From IMG/VR virus record IMGVR_UViG_3300045988_010351: a DNA stretch of 64,000 bases. One strand, given 5' to 3'. The stretch is from a virus. How positions within the stretch are numbered: position 1 is the stretch's first letter; each line of letters starts with the position of its first letter. This document shows, in pieces, positions 1 through 10,800 of the stretch. The notes under the pieces were generated by a model. It had not been told where the DNA came from and ran no database searches. It worked only from the letters and a program-made list of their open reading frames with translations. The position numbers and the translations under genes were made by a program.

Positions 1-2
1 CC

Positions 3-590
3 TCTGTCCAGTTCATAGGAGAGGATAATGAAGTTAAGGATAAAGTTACATTTGTGATTGATGGTAATGCTACCTTTGGAGATAAGAAAGTTATCAAGAA
101 AAGGACAGATACTCCTGATGGCCCTGTTTATGATTTCTTTAAGTATATAGGTAGAAGAATCAGAGGAAGTTATGTCTATTACAAACTGTATTCATCAGAT
201 ACTGAACAAACTAATGTTGCAACCTATGAAAGGATTGAACCATTGGGTTTCAGAAACAGCTTCATTGAATATGAATATGGCAAGGATGTAGAAGAGGTAG
301 AAACTGTGATTAACAAGAACAAGAAAGATTATGATCCTAATGCTGATACCTTGGCAAGATTTAGTTATGGAGACGATACAACTGATTATGATTCTATGCC
401 AAATGAAAGTTTGCCTAAAGAGTATTGGGATTCTCTCACAAAAGCAGCTATAGATGCTTTTCATCAAGGATATGGAATTTCTCTTGATACTTCTGACCCA
501 AAGGCTGATGATGTAACAGCTATCCAGCCTAATACAGAGTATAAGGATGAGAATGGTGATAGTATTTGTGGTGCTCCAACATTATTATAA
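3..590 (+). CDS. C-terminal fragment of a protein whose start lies upstream of the window; hypothetical
   Basis: The reading frame is open from position 3 with no in-frame ATG; the listed GTG at 54 is internal. The stop is at 588-590 and overlaps the start region of the next gene. Confidence 0.5.
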   Translation, partial: SVQFIGEDNEVKDKVTFVIDGNATFGDKKVIKKRTDTPDGPVYDFFKYIGRRIRGSYVYYKLYSSDTEQTNVATYERIEPLGFRNSFIEYEYGKDVEEVETVINKNKKDYDPNADTLARFSYGDDTTDYDSMPNESLPKEYWDSLTKAAIDAFHQGYGISLDTSDPKADDVTAIQPNTEYKDENGDSICGAPTLL

Positions 591-607
591 CAATTTATAT
601 AATAAAC

Positions 608-3600
608 ATGGCAAGAAGTTGTGCAATTATTCCAAAGGTAAAGAATAGGAATGGTCAAGTAGTGGATAGCAAGTTATTTAAGGACTTGCTATCCTTCACT
701 TCAAATAACAGAAGTGAAGCTATAAGACTATATCTTATCACAAAAAGCAATCAGTTCATAAAGGACTGGCAACCAAGATTAACATTAGATGAAAACAATG
801 AACCTACATTGAGAAGTCTACTAAAGCAGACTAATATCAGTGAAGTTATTCCAGAAACTAAAGTACTTGAAAGGCTTAATAGAGAAATAGGGTACTATAA
901 GAAAGGAATGGACAGACCAGCCCTATGGGAAAACAATGATGAAAATTATCAAAAGTTGAAACAAAGGGCTATAGCCTTTAATCAAAACTCAGAGTATAGG
1001 GATGATTATGTGGCTAATATAATCAAGATACAAGATTCTGAATCTCCAAGAGTATTCATTGGAGTAAAGGTTGAGAAAAGAAATAGGCTTAACTCTGTCA
1101 ATGCGGATAAGATGGAATACAATGAAAACCTTAATAATAGGTTGAGAGGTATTCTTGAATCTCATGGTATAGGGATAGGTGCTTTGACTGACCTTGAAAG
1201 GAGAATGGGTATTCATGGTGTAACTGATTTTGATGTTGCAAGAAATGCAGCAAATGGTCTTGTTGAAATGATTAGGCTTGCTAATGGTATTCAAGGTGAG
1301 AGAGCACTTCCCGAGGAATTTGCACACTTTGCCATTGAAGCTATGGGAGATAATCCACTTATCAATAGACTTATCAATAACATATCTTCCAATGGACTGG
1401 CAAGAGAAATTATAGGTGAGGACTATGATACCTATGATACTCTATATCATAGTGATGAGGCTAAGTTGGCAAAAGAAGCTGCGGGTAAACTACTTGCAAA
1501 GCATCTTCTTCAAGGTGAGAATATTCCATCTGCTCCTTATAAGAATCTGCTGCAAAGGGTGATTCAAGCAGTCAAGAATTTCTTTAAGAATATTAATGCA
1601 AGTCCTATACAAAGAGCCATAAGGGAGGCTGACAAGAACTTTGGTTCTTTAGCACAGCAAATACTTAATGGCAGCATGGATGAGGTTATTGACATTGGCA
1701 ATATTACCTCAAGTGGAGTGTTTTATAATACCTCAGAGAGAGTGGCAAGAGATAAAAAGCTGCTTCAAGGAGTCATTGAGAATGAGTTAAAGAGGTTGAA
1801 GATTTATGAAAAGAGAAATCCTAATAGCCAGTTTAGTGTTAATCAAAGGTTACTCATTGATAGATTGGAGACTGAATTAGCTGATAACAATGAGATTGAG
1901 GGTATTTATGTTTTTGTTGAGAATGCTCTTGAAGAATTAACCAAGGTAAATAACAGACTTACTATGTTACAGAATACTCCTGCTACTAATGTCAATGAGA
2001 GAGCTGGTGTTCTAAGAGATGTCAGAAACTACTTGTACAGTTATAAGCATATTACTGATGATATTAGGAAGGCTCTTATTGATGAAGAGAGATATGCAGA
2101 CAATAGATATGGTCAGAGAGTAAGGGTAGTATTAGACAACACAACTACACTACTTGGAGACTTGTTTGTCAGATACAACAATGTAGCAATGCCTCTTTTT
2201 GTTGATTTCATTAAGCCTTTTGTGGGAGAGAGTATAACTGTTCCCTTTGGCAAGTTCAAGGGTAAGACTATGACTGCTGAAAGCTTGGTGAAGGTAGCTG
2301 ATAAGGACATATCTTTCTTTGACAGATGGCTTGATTCTATGGCAGACTCTTCAGATTATATGCTGAAAGTTATGGACCAAGCTGTCAAGAAGAGTAAAGA
2401 AAATGCAAGGTTAGAGACTATCAATGTTATGAAGGAGCTTCAAGCTGCTACCATTAAGTTAGAGCAAGCTGGAGTTAAGAACACTGATTGGATGTTTGAA
2501 AGAGACAGTAAAGGTAATCTTACAGGTAATTATATCTCTGAGATTAACCAGGGTCTATTCAAGGAGAAAGTCAGGGAAATGTTCAAGTCTCTCAATGAAA
2601 AATATGGTAAGAATCCTGTAGGAGATAATGCAGAGAAGTACAGAAAAGAGAGACAAGCTTGGTTTGATGCTAATATGGAAGTAGTCAATGGAAAGAAGCA
2701 ACCTAAAGTATCAATCTATGGCAATAAGGCTTATCAGAACTTGAGTCCTGTTCAGAAAGAATACTACAATAGGATTATGGAGATAAAAGCCAAGCTGGAT
2801 TCATACCTTCCTGACAAGTACACTACCTTAACTAATGCAGTTAAAATCAGAAAGGACTTACTTGAAAGAGTAAAGGCTTCTGATGGTGTAAGGTCAGGTA
2901 GTACACAAGTATGGGAAGCTGTTAAAGACCAATTCATTAGAAGGACAGATGACACTGAGTTTGGAGATAGGGCTACAGTAAAGGACTTTGAAGGTAAAGA
3001 GGTACAAGTACTTCCTATCTACTATACTAAGATGAAAGAGGGTGAAAGTCCTAATGACCTATCTACTGATATAGTATCTACTCTCACAGCTTATGCAGCT
3101 ATGGCTAATGACTTCAATGAAATGAATAAAGTAATTGATGTTCTTGAGCTTGGTAGGGATATGCTAAAGGAGAGGGAGATTATACAGACAAGGGGTGGTA
3201 AACCACTGGTTGAAAAGTTCAAGTCTGTAGGTAGGAAAGTTGAATCTACTCTCACTAAATCTGGTGATGAAACAAGGTTCATGCAGAGACTGAATGACTT
3301 CTTTGAAATGCAAGTCTATGGTAGGTATATGGCTGATGAGGGCACATTTGGTAATACCAAGATTGATAAAGGAAAGGTAGCTAACTTTGTTAATAGAATT
3401 ACTTCTCTTAATATGTTAGGTCTAAACCTGTTAAGTGGTATATCAAATGTTACTACTGGTAAAATTATGATGAGAATTGAGTCCTTTGCAGGTGAGTTCT
3501 ATAATGAATCTAATACCTTAATAGCTGACAGGAATTATGGTAAAGCATTGCCAGAGTACTTAGCTGAGATAGGTAACAGAGTTAAGACAAGTAAACTTGC

Positions 3601-4663
3601 TCTGTGGGATGAATTGTTCAATGTGTTACAGGAGTATGAGACTGACGTTAGAGAAGTAAACTTTGACAGGAAGACTTGGTTCAGTAGAATGTTTGGTACC
3701 TCTGCTTTATTCCTTATGAATAATGCTGGTGAGCACTGGATGCAGAATAGAACCTCATTAGCACTTGCTGATGCTTATAAGATGAAAGCTCCTGATGGTA
3801 AAATAGTTTCCTTGTGGGATGCTATGGAGGTGGTTCCTATAGATAAGAACAACAAGAAGTTAGGTGCTAAATTGCAGTTAAAACAAGGTTATACTAAGGA
3901 AGACGGTTCTGCATTTACAAGGGATGATATTATAGCATTCAGTAGGAAATCTGCTGCTATAAATCAGAGAATGCACGGTATTTATAATAAGGCTGATAGA
4001 AGTGCAGTGCAAAGATTAGCTGTAGGTAGAATGGGAGTTATGTTTAGAAAGTGGATTAAACCATCTCTTAACAGAAGATTCAAGTCTGCCACATATAACT
4101 ATGATTTGCAAGCATGGACAGAAGGTTATTATAATACTACAGGAAGATTTATGTGGCAATTAGCTAAAGAGTTGAAGGAAGGTCAGTTTGCAATAGCTGC
4201 TAATTGGAATAATCTTACAAAGACAGAAAAAGCCAATATTAAAAGAGCTGCTACTGAAGTAGGTCACTTCTTAATTATTGCTGCATTCTTAGGTCTCATG
4301 GATTGGGATGATAATAAGAATAGACCTTGGTTACAGAAGATGATTGAGTATCAAGCAAGAAGACTTTATACTGAAATTGGTACTCAGGTTCCAGGCCCTC
4401 AAATGGTAGGAGAGGCTCTTAAAATCTTAAAGTCTCCTGCTGCTGGTATTAATACTGTGGAAAATGTTTTGGATATGGTTGGATTGTTGAATCCTATGAA
4501 CTATGAAACTTTTGCAGGTGAAGATGCCATCATTCAGTCAGGTAGATTTAAGGGGGATTCAAGAGCCACAAAACTATGGTTTGAGTCACCACTAATTCCT
4601 ATGAATAAAACTATATATAGAGGATTACATCCAGAAGAAAGTATTCCATTCTTCAAACAATAA
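608..4663 (+). CDS. large hypothetical protein (about 1351 aa from the ATG at 608); function unknown, no polymerase, helicase or RNAP motifs seen by eye
   Basis: A 4.1 kb uninterrupted ORF. The first ATG (MARSCAIIPKV) at 608 follows the stop of the upstream ORF. It converges on the minus-strand structural operon, with a hairpin plus T-run terminator downstream. Confidence 0.65.
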   Translation: MARSCAIIPKVKNRNGQVVDSKLFKDLLSFTSNNRSEAIRLYLITKSNQFIKDWQPRLTLDENNEPTLRSLLKQTNISEVIPETKVLERLNREIGYYKKGMDRPALWENNDENYQKLKQRAIAFNQNSEYRDDYVANIIKIQDSESPRVFIGVKVEKRNRLNSVNADKMEYNENLNNRLRGILESHGIGIGALTDLERRMGIHGVTDFDVARNAANGLVEMIRLANGIQGERALPEEFAHFAIEAMGDNPLINRLINNISSNGLAREIIGEDYDTYDTLYHSDEAKLAKEAAGKLLAKHLLQGENIPSAPYKNLLQRVIQAVKNFFKNINASPIQRAIREADKNFGSLAQQILNGSMDEVIDIGNITSSGVFYNTSERVARDKKLLQGVIENELKRLKIYEKRNPNSQFSVNQRLLIDRLETELADNNEIEGIYVFVENALEELTKVNNRLTMLQNTPATNVNERAGVLRDVRNYLYSYKHITDDIRKALIDEERYADNRYGQRVRVVLDNTTTLLGDLFVRYNNVAMPLFVDFIKPFVGESITVPFGKFKGKTMTAESLVKVADKDISFFDRWLDSMADSSDYMLKVMDQAVKKSKENARLETINVMKELQAATIKLEQAGVKNTDWMFERDSKGNLTGNYISEINQGLFKEKVREMFKSLNEKYGKNPVGDNAEKYRKERQAWFDANMEVVNGKKQPKVSIYGNKAYQNLSPVQKEYYNRIMEIKAKLDSYLPDKYTTLTNAVKIRKDLLERVKASDGVRSGSTQVWEAVKDQFIRRTDDTEFGDRATVKDFEGKEVQVLPIYYTKMKEGESPNDLSTDIVSTLTAYAAMANDFNEMNKVIDVLELGRDMLKEREIIQTRGGKPLVEKFKSVGRKVESTLTKSGDETRFMQRLNDFFEMQVYGRYMADEGTFGNTKIDKGKVANFVNRITSLNMLGLNLLSGISNVTTGKIMMRIESFAGEFYNESNTLIADRNYGKALPEYLAEIGNRVKTSKLALWDELFNVLQEYETDVREVNFDRKTWFSRMFGTSALFLMNNAGEHWMQNRTSLALADAYKMKAPDGKIVSLWDAMEVVPIDKNNKKLGAKLQLKQGYTKEDGSAFTRDDIIAFSRKSAAINQRMHGIYNKADRSAVQRLAVGRMGVMFRKWIKPSLNRRFKSATYNYDLQAWTEGYYNTTGRFMWQLAKELKEGQFAIAANWNNLTKTEKANIKRAATEVGHFLIIAAFLGLMDWDDNKNRPWLQKMIEYQARRLYTEIGTQVPGPQMVGEALKILKSPAAGINTVENVLDMVGLLNPMNYETFAGEDAIIQSGRFKGDSRATKLWFESPLIPMNKTIYRGLHPEESIPFFKQ

Positions 4664-4769
4664 GATTATGGGTTTATATTTGATAATATTGATTGTTGGC
4701 ATACCTTTATGTATACTGGCATTAGGATTTCTAAATAAAGAAGATTAATTTGTTAATTGTTAATAAGAA

Positions 4770-4818
4770 GGGGGAGTGAGTAGATTAAGTTCTACTCCTC
4801 CCCTTATTTTTTTTATTT
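4770..4818 (+). terminator. rho-independent terminator for the plus-strand genes
   Basis: GC-rich hairpin GGGGGAGTGAGTAG / CTACTCCTCCCC (4770-4803) followed by TTATTTTTTTTATTT. Confidence 0.6.
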
Positions 4819-4821
4819 CCT

Positions 4822-4858
4822 ACAAAATAAAAGGGAAGTAACATTTCTGTTACCTCCC
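4822..4858 (-). terminator. rho-independent terminator for the minus-strand giant gene
   Basis: Hairpin GGGAAGTAAC / GTTACCTCCC (9 of 10 bp). Read on the minus strand it is followed by TTTTATTTTGT; it sits 25 nt downstream of the stop at 4883. Confidence 0.55.
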
Positions 4859-4882
4859 TAATAAAAAATTTCATCCTACTGA

Positions 4883-7800
4883 CTAAAAGGCTATACATTT
4901 AACAGCTTGGTCTCTCTCTTCTTGGGAGATTGAATCAAACTTCTCTGCTGTCCAACCTTTCTTCAATAAATTCTCTTGCATAGAATCACTTAAAGTATTG
5001 AATGATGTAGTAGTTGAAGTAGTACCTCTCAATTCACTGATAGTAGGAACTTTGAATGTGCTATCTGCATATTTACCCTCATTAATTCTTCTGTAGTAGT
5101 CTATCAAGGAAGGTCTAAAGTTATTCCAGTTAGTAACCTTAGTAAAGAGTTCCTTGAAGAAATCAAGTATTCTCTTGCCTAAGCCTCTATTCTGTCTTGT
5201 CATTACATACTCTCTGAATCCCTCTGCCATGTCTTCCTCTAATGAGAGGTTATCTTTTTCACCATATAATTTCTTTGCTTCATCATATAGTGCTTGTCTT
5301 TCACCATTGTCAAGAAGGAGATTAAATACGGCATGGAAAGCTTCATGGTATGCAGTACCTTCAGCAGCTATGTCAGACAATGTGATTACACCTTTATCAA
5401 ATTGACCCCAAGCTAAAGTACCTCTTTTACCTACTTTGATAAGACCTTTTACTACTTTTACTCTATCTGGTTCACTTAATTGGGGAAGTACCCTACTTAA
5501 CCATTTAAGTTCTTTTTTCTCATCCCACTTTTCATAATCAAGTGATTTTACTTTTCTTAATTTATGTCTTGTTCTTGAGGCTTTCTTATTGTTTATTGCC
5601 TGTTCCTTTTGAACAGTATAAGCAGCACCTGTCTGGGTATTACCTTGATTAATAGTTGCAGGAGTTTCTACAGTAGTGATAGCATCATAATCTGACATAG
5701 AAAGTTGAGTAAATTTAATATCAAACCCTGCAAGAGCCTCATCTAACTTAGTAGTATTATTTCTCACATCCTCACTATGAAGTTTTTCTGCTTTTCCTGA
5801 CTCAAACAAATCTGTAAATTTCTTATTCAAGTTCTCATGTACAAACTCCCTTATAGTGTCAGGTGTCATGTTGAAATCCATAATAGTATCCTTGACTCCT
5901 TCAGGAGTTAATATAAGCATTCTCCATCTCTTTCTATCATTGTCCCACTCTATTTGAGCAGTATTATTATTGGGGGTTTTTACATATATAACAGGAATAA
6001 GATTTTCCGTATTATATAAATAACCAGTAACATTTTTACCCACCTTTGGTAAAGGCATTTTCTTAGTATTAACAGAGGCAGTACTTACAGTAGGTACTGT
6101 GTCAGGGTTAAACAATATAGTTTTTTCATTAGCCATGTCTTTAACCCTTTGTGGATTACCTCTAAGCATTTTGCTAATAGTTTGTTCAATCTGTACTTGA
6201 GAATATCCTCCTTGTACAGAGTTATTTCTTATTGCTAAGAATGTTTTACCATTAGGAAATACTGCATAGTAATTATTTGAAGCCACATGGGCTGCTTCTC
6301 CCTGTCTGCCAAATCCCTCTGTAATATTAGGAACTTTAGTAAGATATACTTCTACTCCATTAATTGTAGTAAGTGGTGTAACATATCCCTTATGTAATTT
6401 ACCATCTATTTCAAAGTAACCTACTTTATCTTTATCAGTAGATTTGTGTTCAGGTGTTAAGTCCTCAATAGGATTCTGTATCTCTAATGAAGTTTCAAAG
6501 ATAGGTAATACTGTCTGAGCTTGTGCTGGAGTAGCAGGAGCTTCTACAGGTTTATCTACTTTAACATTACCTACTAAAGGCACATTAACAGCAGGATTAT
6601 ATGTAATAGGAATACCCTTTTCACTTTGTACTGCTGATACCTTCTCCTTATCATAACTCAATACAAATGGCATTACAGCTAACTTAGTAACTGGTACACC
6701 ATACTGAGATTCAAATAGGTTCTTGTAAGCAGAAAGTTGTAAAGTATAGTAATCCTTTGTACTCATTCTTTGAGTAGCAGATGGATTATTAAAGTAGTTA
6801 ACCTTACGACCATATCTGTCTATAAAGTCATAGAAGCTGTATCTACTTGTCTTTACATCATAAATCTTAAAGTTACCTTCCTTATCAACAGAGAGAATAT
6901 CAACTTCACCTGCAACTCTTGTACCATCAGAATATTTCTGAAATAATACAATATTATCAGCAAGGAATCTTTCTCCCATTAACTCCATGTTTGACTTAAC
7001 ATTATTAAGAGTAGTAATCAAATCTATGAAAGCATTCTCTGACATATTGGATGGCTTCACTATCTTAGACACGTCTCTTATAGTAAAATACTGTCTGATG
7101 ATACTATCTACTGCTGAACCAGCATCAAGTGCCCTTTGTGAATTAGTACCAGACATCTTGTCTCTTACTATATTCACAATAGTATCTCTACTCTTGGCAT
7201 CAGTCTTACCTCTGTAAGCAGTCAAGTCTACCTTAAACTTGTTCTCCAAGTATTTCAGATAGTTCTCATACTGAGTAGGATTATCTACAAACTTGCTAAG
7301 ATTAAATCTTGCTGATTCAAGAGCACTTGTCTGCTTGTCAGATATTATCCAATTAGAGCCTAATCTGCTATGTACTCTACTGTACTGATGATATTCACCA
7401 TCATCTTCAAGTACATAATAGAACTCACCATCAGTTCTTGTCTTGTCTACTCTCTTTTGGTTCTCATATATTTCACTGATAACCTCCTTAGACTTGGCAA
7501 CTCTATCCTCTCTTTCCTTCTTTCTACCTGCAATAGTATCCTTTACATCTTGTGCCTCCTGGTCACTGAGATATACTTGCTTACTTCTGTCAAGTACCTT
7601 ACCATCAGGAGTAAGAACTTTGTTATCTACCATCATTGAAGAGTTAGCAGAATCCCCAAAGTTATCTTGTGCCCAAGCTAAATCAAATAATATTCTATTA
7701 TCATTAGTAATTGTTACACTTTTACCTTGGTCATCCCTAATAGTATTTGTCTTTAAGTCCACATAGTATGGCTTGTTTGAGAATACAGATGTTATCCTTG

Positions 7801-10800
7801 TACCACTTATAGCACCTTCAGTGCCACCCACAGGTGTCTCTATCTTCCTCTTAGGCTGAGGAGCTACAGAAGCTGGGCTTATAGCCTGATGCAGATTACC
7901 CTCATTATCAAAGTAGTCAGTTGTAAACCAAGTACTTCTTACTGAAGCCTCAGTAATATTTGAAGTAAGGATATTAGAGTTTATCAATCTGTTGTTGTAT
8001 GCACCTTCATTTATTCTTCTTGTGCTGACCTGTAAAGGAAGATTGAATTTGATGAGGTGTCCAAGTATCTCATTGTATATATCCTCAGGATTCTTGATAG
8101 TCCTTTGGAATCTCTCATCATCATTTGCTTCTTTAGCAACATCTTCACTAAGTGCAAATTCTAAGCCACTAATAACAGTACTTTTACCAAAGTTAGAGAA
8201 ATATACATCATACTTATCCTCCTTGATTTGCTCTTTTCCTTCAATGATTACTTTTTCATAAGTACCATCTGGCTTTCTCACTTTCTTACTAATAACAACA
8301 CCATTACCTGTTCCACTATTGAACCAAGTAACCATAACATCTTGCATATACAAGTCTTGAGCTAAGTCTTGCATAGCAGCAGATACATCATCTTGTGATG
8401 TAGCAGTTGATAACTTAGTAATGGCATTCTTTATATCTTCACCAATAGGAGAAGAGCTTACACTGCTGTCACTTAGATTAAACTCTTTACTATTAAAGTG
8501 TTTAACTCTTACAGCAGCAGGAGAATATTTACCAGCTCCATTAGGTATAAGCAGATATAATCTACCCTCTTTCTGGCTCATATCCACTGGTTTAATAATA
8601 AGACTGTCATCAATCTTATTATTGGTAGTAAGTACACCATTCTTTATAATACCAAAGACAGGTTTTCTATCAGTTGAAGATACATTAGGAATATCTTTAA
8701 GACTTCTTTCAGTATTGCCATAGGGAACTCTACCTACCATTATCTTAGAAGCTCTTGTAGTAGGTGTGGCAATGAACTTGCCTTTAGATTGAGCACTTGA
8801 CTTATCACTGTGCATTACATTGTCTACAAAGTGAGCTAAGTCAGTAGGTGTAGTATATTTGCCTTCCCATAAATAGTCTAGAATTTGCTTTGATTCACTA
8901 GGAGTTAGCTTTCTCCAAATATTGATGCCTAGTCCATCATTTCTATCAAATACTTTATTGTTTTTATCACTAAAGTAGGTTATAGTAGAAGTCCCATCAG
9001 GATGCTCTATATAGGAATTTTTTCTTCCAAGAGTTCTTGGGTCAGCAGGACTTGTTCTCCAAAAATTAGAGGCTCTATCATTCTTAGTTCCTTGTTTATT
9101 TGGATTATACCCAAATACTTGGCCCACTCCTTTGCCTCCTAAGGAACTATGAATAATAATTCTCTCTTCTATTGTAGAAGGCTCATTTTTATTAATATTG
9201 GAAGTAGATGCTTGAGTAGTAGTTCTGCTGGCATACTCTCTTCTTATCTTCTCTTCAAGACTCTTCAGACCCTCATACCTTGAAACACTATAGTCAGATT
9301 CATCTAAACTACCTACTACTTGACCATTCCTTTTATCTATAATAAATATAGTGTGGTCATTAAATGAAGGGTCAATCATAAAGCCAAGCTCATCACCTAC
9401 CTTTAAGTTGCCTTCATTTAAGTATCTAAATGCTCCACTATCTCTTAGATAACCATAAATGCCAGAGAAGTCTACACCCTTTTCTCTCTCACCTACTACT
9501 ACATCAAATGGTCTGAAGTCTCCTTCCTTGCTTGCTTCTATATGCAATTCAGGTATAGCAGGTCTATAGAATTGATTAGAGGTATCTCTACTTGGTCTTT
9601 GTGGAGTTTCTACCCTTTCATTGGCTTTCTTATTCTCCTCACTGACCATCTCAGCAGTTATATTACCTACAGGTAATTCTACTGTAGGCAAAGCCCCACT
9701 ACTTGTTACAGTAGGAGTAGTTGCAGTTCCACTATCTCCTGTATCAGTCCTATCATCACCTCTTACAGTTCCCCCTCTCTTTTCTACAGGCTTCTTATAT
9801 TCAGGTGAGAATCTGTCCTTGAATCTATTGTCATTGTTTACTTTTGACATTGCATTCTGCAAGGCATATTGAGCTTCTTGGAATCTTGTTGCAGACAGCT
9901 CAACATCACCCTCAGAATCTTCATCAAAGGCATTCTCATTATTAATATAGATTGAGTTAGGATTAGCTAGGTACTCCAAACTATCAGAGTTATTGAACTG
10001 GTCTTGAAAGAGCTTCATAGCATCTTGTTTAACCTGTGGTTCTGCATCTGACTCATTAAGGACTCTTCTTACTTCATTATTATATTGTGAAGTTTCTCTG
10101 TAGTTTTTAGCCATTTCACTACCTCCATCCTCAAGTTCTTTTAGAACTTTATCTCTATTCTCTGTATCATCTTGGGCATCTATTATACCTCTAAACTCTT
10201 GCAAGTTCTGTGCAGCATTCAAAGATGCTTTCAAGTCATCAGACTTCTTCTTAATCTCTTGTTGTACAGCTTGCTCATCAGCTCTTGCATGGTCTTCTGC
10301 TTGCTTTTGAGGGTTCTCAAGGTACTCTTTTAACTTTGCATTATATGTCTTTGAAGCATTGCCCAACTTAACAATATCATTCAGCTTAGTTGTAATATCT
10401 GCTTTCTCATCTGCACTAAGTACAGTTTCATCTACCTCATTAATATCCTTAATAAGACCATCTACAAACTTAGGATTAGTTGCTAATGTATGAGCCAGTA
10501 CACTGTCATCTTGACCTCTAACCATATTAAGGGTGTTGATAGCACCTTCAATGTCTTTTACATTCTTATCTGCTTGTTTATATCTCTCTGTTATATCTGC
10601 ATGATGTTGACCTTCAAAATCCCTAACTTGTTGATTGAATCTAAGAAGTGAATCTAAGTTACCTATTACATTACCAATAGCTGACTTTACCTCTCCAGAC
10701 ATAGATGTTGCCCTTTCAGCCCAATTGCCTATCTGAGACTTCATCCATGTCAATTCTTCAAGCTGTTCATCTGATAATTGCTGACCTGTTCTAAGAATAA

